In this document: positions 1 to 7,816 of the stretch, piece after piece
Position numbering within the stretch: position 1 is the stretch's first letter
How the letters are laid out: each line of letters begins with the position of its first letter
From: Octopus sinensis
Lineage: Eukaryota
NCBI RefSeq assembly: GCF_006345805.1
Contig: NW_021827359.1
Location: forward strand, 1-11,155
DNA length: 11,155 bases
Direction of reading: 5' to 3'
Translations under genes and position numbers: made by a program
The notes under the pieces: generated by a model
The model's database searches: none
What the model was told of the DNA's origin: nothing
Seen by the model: only the letters and a program-made list of their open reading frames with translations

Positions 1-135
1 CAAATCCACTCACAAGGCTTTTTGGTCGGCCCGAGGCTATAGTAAAAGACACTTGCTGAAGTGCCACGCAGTGGGACTGAACATGAACCATGTGGTTGGT
101 AAGCAAGCTACTTACCACACAGCCACTCCTGCGCC
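1..135 (-). mobile_element. tRNA-derived SINE (CORE-like), 5' head and central part; 3' end runs off the window
   Basis: Minus strand reads ggcgcaggagTGGCTGTGTGGTAAG (A-box-like) ... tgttcagtccc (degenerate B-box) ... ggcaccttcagcaagtgtctt (resembles the CORE motif ccttgggcaagt). A related fragment lies at 11058-11118. Confidence 0.75.
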
Positions 136-153
136 TATCCTGCTCTGGCAACG

Positions 154-312
154 ATTGAGAGGTGTACCTGAGGAGATGCACACTGACAAGTGTTTGCTTA
201 TAGAAATTGCCTGAACCTCAAGGAACGAGGTGATTTGAGACTGAGACTGACCAACATTCAGCCTGATATCAATGCCTTGATTCCGGATCACCATGTTCAT
301 CCCTCACATTGA
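154..312 (+). pseudogene. Remnant of a hAT-superfamily (Buster/Charlie, ZBED5/FAM200/SCAND3-like) transposase C-terminus
   Basis: Frame 199-312 translates YRNCLNLKERGDLRLRLTNIQPDINALIPDHHVHPSH*. This matches the recalled Buster-type C-terminal pattern RNRL....(RG)DLRL.L..I.P.I..L....Q.HPSH*. In-frame stops upstream at 169 and 184; AATAAA at 326-331. Confidence 0.6.
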
Positions 313-333
313 TGTTGTCAATCTCAATAAAAG

Positions 334-395
334 GTAGTAGTAGAAGTACTAGTAGTGATGGTGGTGGTTGTGGTAATAAAAATAATAATAATAAA
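334..395. repeat. Compound trinucleotide microsatellite (AGT/GGT/AAT)
   Basis: gtagtagtag...ggtggtggt...aataataataataa read directly. Confidence 0.9.
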
Positions 396-628
396 GGCGG
401 CAAGCTGGCAGAAACGTTAGCACGCCGGGTGAAATGCATTGCGGTATTTCGTCTGCCGTTACGTTGTGAGTTCAAATTCCGCCGAGGTCGACTTTGCCTT
501 TCATCCTTCCGGGGTCGATAAATTAAGTACCAGTTACGCACTGGGGTCGATGTAATCGACTTAATACCTATATCTGTCCTTGTTTGTCCCCTCTATGTTT
601 AGCCCCTTGTGGGTAATAAAGAAATAGG
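396..628 (+). mobile_element. Full-length tRNA-derived SINE with a Meta/MESC-like central domain
   Basis: A-box-like agcTGGCAGAAACGttag, B-box gaGTTCAAATtcc, central gcctttcatccttccggggtcgataaattaagtaccag, tail ending aaagaaatagg. About 13 differences in 233 nt (hand count) from the opposite-strand copy at 7399-7630. Confidence 0.9.
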
Positions 629-694
629 TGGTAATAATAATAGTAGTGGGGGTGGTGATGGTTGTGGTAGTGGTTGTGGTAGTAGTAGTAGTAG
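629..694. repeat. Compound (GGT)/(AGT)/(AAT) microsatellite
   Basis: Direct reading. Continues the 334-395 tract, so the SINE inserted into one low-complexity tract. Confidence 0.85.
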
Positions 695-901
695 ATTCAG
701 GGAGTGTTGGTTACCCATCTTTTTTTTTTCCCCAAAAAAGTCAAAATTTATTATCACTGTCCATGCAACAAAGGGCCACCACCACCTGTACCAAGAGAGA
801 ACTCAGTTCACTCAGCACCACAAACACCAAGGGGGGGGTGAGAGAGGTAGAGAGAGGGAGGGGTGGCCCACTGGCTGGGCTGTTCCTTTGAAAGTATATC
901 A

Positions 902-1082
902 TACTACTACTACTACTACTACTACTACTGCTACTACTACTAATACTACTACTACTATCGCCACCACTACCACTGCTGCTATTACTACCACTATGACTAA
1001 TGACGATGATAAAGATAACTTGTGATGACAGCAACGATAACAACAACAACAACGACGACCGTGGTTGCGGCGGCGGCGGCGG
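902..1082. repeat. Compound trinucleotide tract (ACT)n to (ACC) to (GAT/GAC) to (AAC)n to (CGG)n
   Basis: Direct reading; source of the poly-T, poly-S and poly-V ORF artefacts. Confidence 0.9.
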
Positions 1083-1109
1083 TGTGAGGTAGAGAGAGAA
1101 AGAGAAAGA

Positions 1110-1141
1110 GGGGGAGGGAGGGGGAGGGGTAAGGTGAGGGG
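1110..1141 (+). other. G-quadruplex-forming motif
   Basis: GGGGG-A-GGG-A-GGGGG-A-GGGG followed by a fifth G4 run at 1138-1141; 1-nt loops. Confidence 0.6.
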
Positions 1142-1142
1142 C

Positions 1143-1340
1143 AATAACAAATGAAAAAAATATATAATTAGAAAAATATAAGAAGTAAAATAATAATAAA
1201 TAATAGAATAAAAATAATTGTAAAAATTCTGATAATGAAACGAAAAACTAAAGAATGAATATAAAAGGGGGAAAAAATGAAAAAAAGATAAAAAAACTGG
1301 AAACTATTAAGGGGAAGAGAAGGAGAAAGTGGAAACATTA
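1143..1340. repeat. A-rich low-complexity tract
   Basis: Very A-rich and nearly C-free on the + strand. Confidence 0.7.
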
Positions 1341-1357
1341 TGGTTAGAAGGAGGATG

Positions 1358-1596
1358 AGAGAGAGAGAGAGAGGGAGGCTAGATGGAAAGAGAGAAGTTG
1401 AGGAGAATGAGAGAGACAGACTTGATAGATTAGACAGAGGCAGAAAGAAAGATAGATGGATAGACGGATGGATAGGTAGATGGGACAGATGGATAAATAT
1501 ATGGATGGATAGATGGATGGATAGATAGATTGATAGATAGAGAGAGAGAGACAGAGAAATAGATAGACAGAGATAGATAAATAGACAGACAGATGA

Positions 1597-1632
<36 letters not shown>

Positions 1633-1657
1633 GGGGGGAGAGAGAGAGACAGACAGA

Positions 1658-1714
<57 letters not shown>

Positions 1715-1944
1715 CAAGGAGAGAGATAGACAGACAGATGAATAGATAGATGGAGAGAGAGACAGACAGATACAGAGAGAGAGAGAGAGAGAGAGAGAAT
1801 AAAGAGAGAGAGGAGAATAAGTGATAGACACCGAGCGGATGGATTGGAAAAGTGGATGGATATTTAGAAAGGCAAACAAACAAACAAACAGATAAACAGA
1901 TAGTTAAATAAGTGATATATATATATAGAGAGAGAAATACATAG

Positions 1945-1983
<39 letters not shown>

Positions 1984-2040
1984 TAGACGGAAATGGAGAG
2001 CAAGGAGAAGGAGAGAGGGAGAGAGGGAGAGAGAGGGAGA
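1358..2040. repeat. Compound purine-rich microsatellite (GA)n/(GATA)n/(GGAT)n/(GACA)n/(AT)n
   Basis: Direct reading. The 17-mer agacagacagatgaata recurs at 1583, 1647 and 1728, showing local duplications. Confidence 0.9.
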
Positions 2041-2445
2041 GTTCAAAATACTGACAGATGTTGCAGACAAAACTGTTCTTTCCTCTTTTCCAAAAACCAG
2101 GAATATTACAATGATGAATTGCATTCTCTGGCTCCCACCCCTACTCCACTTCTCTCTCCCTCTTCATTCTCTGCCGTCTTTGACGTTTCCGCTAGTTTTT
2201 CTTTTTCTTTTTTTTTTATTATTATCACTTCACTTCCGGTTTCGTTGTTCCCGTACGTTTTCCTTCATTTTTTTTCTTCTTCTCCTTCTTTGTTTTACCT
2301 AAAAGGAAAAAAAAAAAAGGGGGGGGATCTTCATTTCATTTTCTTTTTATTTTGTGGCTTTTGTTTCTGATCCTTCAAAATAACCCCCTTCTTTTTTGCC
2401 TTCTTTCTCTTGCATTAATCTCCCCTTTTCTCTCTGCGTGTAAGA

Positions 2446-2707
2446 TATACATACAATAAGCACACACATATATATGCATACACACGCAATATATATATAT
2501 ATACACACACAACAACATATATATACATATATATATATATACATATATATACATATATACATATATATATATACATATATTAATACATATATATATATAT
2601 ACATATATATACATATATATAAATATATATATACATACATATATATATATAATATACATATATATAAATATATATATACATACATTATATATATATATTA
2701 TAAATAT

Positions 2708-2761
<54 letters not shown>

Positions 2762-2925
2762 TAACATATATATATAACATATATATAGATAGATACATAT
2801 ATATATACAATATATATACACTATATATATATATAACATATATATACATATACTATATATATATATATATGCATAGACACACATACATACATGCATTCTC
2901 TCTCTCTCTCTCTGTATATCTCTAT
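2446..2925. repeat. Compound (AT)n/(AC)n/(ATAC)n/(CT)n microsatellite
   Basis: Direct reading. Confidence 0.9.
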
Positions 2926-3306
2926 ATATGTACACGCACACGCGCGTGCGCGCATATCTAGATACCAGCTCCCTCTGTCCCGTCATTTCTGTATCTTGTC
3001 TCACTTTCACCGGCTTCGTATGATATCTGTTTATTTATTTATTGAATCCTTTATTTATTTATTTATCACCATCATCGTTTGTTATAAACTTTTGTCTCTT
3101 AAAAATCCTGTAAAAAATGAGGTAAAAAAAAACGTCTTCCTGTCTGAATTCATAAAACTTATATGTACGCGTGCGCGAGAGAGTGTATATATGTGTGTGT
3201 GTGGTGTGTGTGTGTGCATTCGTATATACACGCACATACATACAAATACACATTGTCACACGCATATGTATGAATATACGTACTACAGAAACAACACACA
3301 ACACAC

Positions 3307-3339
<33 letters not shown>

Positions 3340-3798
3340 ATATTCTATATAATACATATATATATATACATATATCTAATAGATACATATATATATACAA
3401 TATATATACACTATATATATATATAACATATATATACATATACATATTATATATATATATATGCATAGACACACATACATACATGCATTCTCTCTCTCTC
3501 TCTCTCTCTTATTCTCTATATATGTACACGCACACGCGCGTGCGCGCATATCTAGATACCAGCTCCCTCTGTCCCGTCATTTCTGTATCTTGTCTCACTT
3601 TCACCGGCTTCGTATGATATCTGTTTATTTATTTATTGAATCCTTTATTTATTTATTTATCACCATCATCGTTTGTTATAAACTTTTGTCTCTTAAAAAT
3701 CCTGTAAAAAATGAGGTAAAAAAAAAAACGTCTTCCTGTCTGAATTCATAAAACTTATATGTACGCGTGCGCGAGAGAGTGTATATATGTGTGTGTGT

Positions 3799-3831
<33 letters not shown>

Positions 3832-3937
3832 ATTCGTATATACACGCACATACATACAAATACACATTGTCACACGCATATGTATGAATATACGTACATA
3901 CAGAAACAACACACACACACATATATATATATATATC

Positions 3938-3960
<23 letters not shown>
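2788..3960. repeat. Tandem duplication, two units of about 592 bp (2788-3379 and 3380-~3960)
   Basis: The unique core 2931-3190 is repeated at 3525-3786 with no substitutions seen. Differences are run lengths (A9 vs A11, (TG)6 vs (TG)15, CT run) and small indels. Confidence 0.95.

Positions 3961-3962
<2 letters not shown>

Positions 3963-3993
<31 letters not shown>
3963..3993. repeat. (AG)n microsatellite
   Basis: Direct reading. Confidence 0.95.
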
Positions 3994-3996
<3 letters not shown>

Positions 3997-4106
3997 GAGG
4001 GAGAGATCGATTGATAGATTTTTGTGTGTGATTGCGCATGCGCAGAAGTAAGATAATGTATTAAGCGCCCACATACAAATATATAATTTCTATGTATGTA
4101 TGTGTA

Positions 4107-4283
4107 GGCGCATGGCTTACTGGTTAGGGTGATGCACTCACGATTGCGAAATCGTGGGTTCGATTCCCAGACCTGGCGCCGCGCTGTTTCCTTGAGCAAA
4201 GCACTTCATTTCACGTTGCTCTGCGATCATTTCGTCATTTGACAGGTGGCACACGGTGCACCTGTACAGGTAGTGTCAATTTG
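4107..4283 (+). mobile_element. tRNA-derived CORE-like SINE (distinct family from 1-135)
   Basis: A-box TGGCTTACTGG (4113-4123), B-box/T-arm GGGTTCGATTCCC (4156-4168), CORE-like ccttgagcaaagcacttcatttcacgttgctc, tail cacctgtacaggta. A second, more decayed copy lies at 5962-6090. Confidence 0.8.
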
Positions 4284-4427
4284 TAAGTGTCAACAGTCGT
4301 CGTATATGTCACGTGGAGAAGTGGTCATGGGAGTGGTAGTGGAAGGAATGGCAGTGAATGTGGAGGTGGTGGTTGATGATGGTGATTGATGATGAGATGA
4401 AGGAGGAGGAAGTTTTATTCTATATAT

Positions 4428-4625
4428 AGGGAGAGTTCACGAAAAAAAAAATAAACAACAAAAGACGAAGACAGGTGGTGTAGAAAACAAGCAGATGTAC
4501 TAGTATAATGCTCAGGAATTGAAAAAGTCCTTTACATTTCGAGCCTACGCTCTTCCACAGAAAGGAACACAGAAAGAAACAAGGAGAAAAAAATAATGTA
4601 TGTAGTGGCTTCCGATCTATCATGG

Positions 4626-4628
<3 letters not shown>
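4428..4628 (-). mobile_element. Penelope-like element terminal repeat (pseudo-LTR) fragment
   Basis: Minus strand contains ctgtggaAGAGCgtagGCTCgaaatgta, the CTGANGA-A-hairpin-GAAACGT layout typical of Penelope-type termini. Boundaries come from recall of a high-copy octopus repeat and are approximate. Confidence 0.55.
4528..4567 (-). ncRNA. Minimal type I hammerhead-ribozyme-like motif with a non-canonical core
   Basis: UUCCUUU-CUGUGGA-A-GAGC(GUAG)GCUC-GAAA-UG-U-A-AAGGA. Stem II is perfect and stem I is possible. The core has U at position 6 instead of A, and loop III is AUGU rather than the palindromic ACGU. Confidence 0.45.

Positions 4629-4657
<29 letters not shown>
4628..4657. repeat. 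(AT)15 microsatellite
   Basis: Direct reading. Confidence 0.95.
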
Positions 4658-4660
<3 letters not shown>

Positions 4661-5025
4661 GCTTTTGCTTCTCATCCTTTTCCTTGCTCTCTAATTAATG
4701 TCTTGTTCGTCCTTGGTTCTGAAAAATCGTCGCATATAAGGATTGGGCCGAAAATAGAGCGTCCATTGCGATATGAAATGCTATGCAACATAGACAAACA
4801 CAACCACACAGACATACGCAGACACTTGTGTTGTGGAAGAACGAAGACAGTACCAAGACAACAATAATTCTTTTGTCTTGTTGAGGACATGACATACTCT
4901 CTAGTGCTGGTGCCATGAATAAAAAGCAGTCGATACAGTGTGTAACGTTGGTGTTGGGAAGGACACCCAGGAGAAAATGGGTAGATTGAATGCCAGAGAA
5001 TTGAGGACGATTTCTGTAATTGAGG

Positions 5026-5925
5026 CCACAGGTTGTGTGTGAGCTCCGCGACAAGTCCAACCCAGCCCAGCTCAGCTCAGACCAGCCTAGCATAGCTCAG
5101 CCCAGCCTAGCATAGCTCAGCCCAGCCTAGCATAGCTCAGCTCAGCCTAGCATAGCTCAGTCCAGCCTAGCATAGCTCAGCCCAGCCTAGCATAGCTCAG
5201 CCCAGTCTAGCATAGCTCAGCTCAGCCTAGCATAGCTCAGCCCAGCATAGCATAGCTCAGCCCAGCCTAGCATAGCTCAGCCCAGCCTAGCATAGCTCAG
5301 CTCAGCCTAGCATAGCCCAGCCTAGCATAGCTCAGCCCAGCCTAGCATAGCTCAGCCCAGCCTAGCATAGCTCAGCCCAACCTAGCATAGCTCAACCCAG
5401 CTTAGCATAGCTCAGCCCAGCCTAGCATAGCTCAGCCCAGCCTAGCATAGCTCAACCCAGCCTAGCATAGCTCAGCCCAGCCTAGCATAGCTCAGCTCAG
5501 CCTAGCATAGCTCAGCCCAGCCTAGCATAGCTCAGCCCAGCCTAGCATAGCTCAGCCCCGCCTAGCATAGCTCAGCTCAACCTAGCATAGCTCAGCCCAG
5601 CTCAGATCAGACCAGCCCAGCAGAACTTCTGCTTTTGGTATTCCGCAATCACATCGTTTACTTCACTCCATTCTCAAATTAAATTGTTTTAGATTTGTTC
5701 CCGCAATGATATTCCTAGCATGAATCTTGCCACTGCCCTTTGCGTTGTAACCAGTCGCTGTTCCTTCTTCCTCGTAGTCGCCCACATCTCAGTTGCGTAT
5801 AAAAGTGCCAGTAGGGTGGTGCTATTGAACAGGTGGGCACTTCGGGTGTTTGTGCTTTGAGCACGTCTTTTATCGGAGCAATTGCCTTCCACTGGGATCT
5901 TACTTTGCATGAGATTTCCTTTAAA
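5026..5925 (-). mobile_element. Decayed RTE-clade LINE fragment (post-RT C-terminal region) interrupted by a minisatellite
   Basis: Minus strand: KEISCKVRSQWKAIAPIKDVLKA / frameshift / RSAHLFNSTTLLALLYATEMWATTRKKEQRLVTTQRAVARFMLGISLREQI*NNLI*EWSEVNDVIAEYQKQKFCWAG (to 5611), then WVGLVAELTHNLW at 5064-5026. This follows the RTE pattern RAHLFNSTVLPAMLY.SETW...QRAMER.MLG.SLR..IRN..IR.....DV.......K..WAGHVAR..DNRW. Confidence 0.85.
5061..5623. repeat. Minisatellite, 20-bp unit CCCAG-CCTAG-CATAG-CTCAG, 26 units (one of 15 bp) with pentamer flanks
   Basis: Units counted from 5081 to 5595. Unit 12 (5301-5315) lacks one pentamer. Degenerate CYCAG/ACCAG/ATCAG pentamers flank both ends. Confidence 0.97.
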
Positions 5926-5961
5926 TTATTTCTTTAAAAAAAATTTCTGATCAATATTTAA

Positions 5962-6090
5962 ACCCAAGACATGTGGTGTGTTGTGTTCTTGAGCAAAATA
6001 CTTGATCTCACGTTGCTCTGCGTTCAGTTCGATATCTGAGTTTTGATACAACGCACACCTGTACAGGTAACGTTGATTTAATGGAGGGCT
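5962..6090 (+). mobile_element. Headless, decayed copy of the 4107-4283 SINE family
   Basis: ttcttgagcaaaatacttgatctcacgttgctctgcg ... cacctgtacaggta aligns to 4189-4272. Confidence 0.7.
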
Positions 6091-6222
6091 TGAGTTCAAG
6101 AATAACGCTAACATTTGATCACTGGAAACAAATCATTTGTGTGCAGGTTGTTCAACAAGAAATTGCGGAATCGCCTTTTTGGGACTGTAAAAAAGAAAGA
6201 AAGAAAAGAAAACAATAAAATA

Positions 6223-6582
6223 AACAAGGGCACTCAGAGAGGGCAAACCTCCGTCAAGGCAACACGAACGTCCTCTCAACGATTGGACAGAGATGAGTTT
6301 TAAAATGAGAATATCTGAAATAAACTCGACTGCTCTCACAAACGAGAATACTAAAAATGTACCCGACCGCTCTCAAAAATTAAGTAAAACGAAACAGGAA
6401 AAATAATCCAGAAACCTTGCCTGGAACCAGATCGATCCCAAAATCTAATCAGTTAGTGCCAGTCACGAGGCCAAACATCCCTGAAAGTTTTATCCGAATC
6501 CATTCAACGGTTCTTGAGATATTTTGTCAACGGACAAACAAACAAACAAAGACGACTGAAAACAATACCTCCGCCTTCGCTA
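6223..6582 (+). mobile_element. Non-autonomous Helentron-associated (HINE/DINE-1-like) element with truncated 3' hairpin
   Basis: acctccg near both ends (6247-6253, 6567-6573), (ACAA)4 at 6534-6549 before the 3' end, and core gaaagttttatccgaatccattcaacggttcttgagatat resembling the DINE-1/HINE core. Family assignment is from recall. Confidence 0.6.
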
Positions 6583-7297
6583 GAAACAAAATGTGTATCC
6601 CAATTAATAAATTCATTATCTTCTGCTACGTATTATTGTTAAGTGGATGCCGAATGCTTAATGCTAAATAGGGAAAGCGGTATTTACATGTGCCAACTCC
6701 AATGATACAAAAATCTTTTATTTCAAATGTTGTTTATGAGTAACAAAAACTGTTTTGGTATGAGACAAAGAAATTAAACCAAAATAGGAATAATAATTTC
6801 AGAAATTTGTAAAGAAACAGGATGAATAATTTTCAAAAAAATTAAAAAAAAAAAAAAAAAAAAGAAAGAAAAGCAGGGGTAATCAACAGACGAAAACTTA
6901 ACGGATTTAACAAACAGGCATTTTATAGTCTGGACACACAACTGGATTTTCGAGGTATTACAGTTAATTAAAAGTCCAGACACTTTAGTTATTGTCTATT
7001 GCAAGCCATTGGCACTAAGCCTTAAAGCATGGAATACCAAGTTATTTTGAATTTGAATAGAAAACGCCAGTACAATATCTCTAACACTTATAAACATTAA
7101 TTAAAACAAAAACAAATAAAGAAATACAGCTAAATGCTTGCATAGCAAGGGGTGACAGTTTATCGGTATAACTATTCGCTGTTGTATTGTTGTTTCTAGT
7201 TAAAATATATGGTAAATTCTAATTAGGAACTCGTCTCACGTATTCTTTCAAAACAGGAAACCCTAACTTTAAAACGCTATTGTCGTCAAATCGTCGT

Positions 7298-7816
7298 GGC
7301 ACTCCGTCGGTTGCGACGACGAAGGGTTCCAGTTGATCCGATCAACGGAACAGCGTGCTCGTGAAATTAACGTGCAAGTGGCTGAGCACTCCACAGACCT
7401 ATTTCTTTATTACCCACAAGGGGCTAAACATAGAAGGGACAAACAAGGACAGACATAGGTATTAAGTCGATTACATCGACCCCAGTGCGTAACTGGTACT
7501 TAATTTATCGACCCCAAAGGGATGAAAGGCAAAGTCGACCTCGGCGGAATTTGAACTCACAACGTAACGACAGACGAAATGCCGCTAAGCATTTTGCCCG
7601 GCGCGCTAACGTTTCTGCCAGCTCGCCGCCTTATTGAGCACTCCACAGACACGTGAACCCTTAACGTAGTTCTCGGGGAGATTCGGCGTGACACAGGGTA
7701 TGTCAAGGCTCGCTCCCTTTGAAATACAGGTAGAACAGAAACAGGAAGTAAGAGTGAGAGAAAGTTGTGGTGAAAGAGTACAGCAGGGTTCGCCACCAAC
7801 CCTCTGCTAGAGCCTC
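7298..7816 (-). mobile_element. Host interspersed repeat (body and 3' end of a long octopus SINE, head missing), interrupted at 7399-7650
   Basis: The TSD shows 7298-7398 and 7651-7816 were once contiguous (gtggctgagcactccacagac|acgtgaacccttaacgtagttctc). A (cgt/cga)-type simple tail lies at 7281-7297. Identification as a SINE relies on recall of the family. Confidence 0.6.
7399..7634 (-). mobile_element. Full-length Meta-like SINE inserted into another repeat, with 16-bp TSD
   Basis: Reverse complement of 396-628 (about 94% by hand count), flanked by the perfect direct repeat tgagcactccacagac at 7383-7398 and 7635-7650. Confidence 0.95.

Noticed and set aside
767-892. SOX (aacaaag) and TCF (ctttgaa) motifs suggesting an enhancer
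   Set aside because: 7-mers of this kind are expected by chance several times in 11 kb of AT-rich DNA.
609-2124. ORFs of 80-219 aa (poly-T/S/V/L, SLSL, YLSI)
   Set aside because: Translations of tri-, di- and tetranucleotide repeats, open only because these repeats lack stop codons.
4107-4180. Possible tRNA gene (perfect T-arm, GGCGC/GCGCC ends, CACGAUU-GCGA-AAUCGUG hairpin)
   Set aside because: No proper anticodon arm, mutated A-box, and it continues into a SINE body with a second copy in the window.
2347-4199. Overlapping YIYI/HTHT ORFs, including duplicated peptides
   Set aside because: Microsatellite artefacts; the repeated peptide reflects the tandem duplication.
4672-5025. Long open minus-strand frame continuing from the LINE piece (…MSSTRQKNYCCLG…)
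   Set aside because: Similarity to RTE ends at about 5026, and I recognise no domain or splice support beyond it.
5081-5595. CRISPR-like or coding repeat interpretation of the 20-bp array
   Set aside because: No spacers, eukaryotic context, and TAG/TGA stops recur in the repeat.
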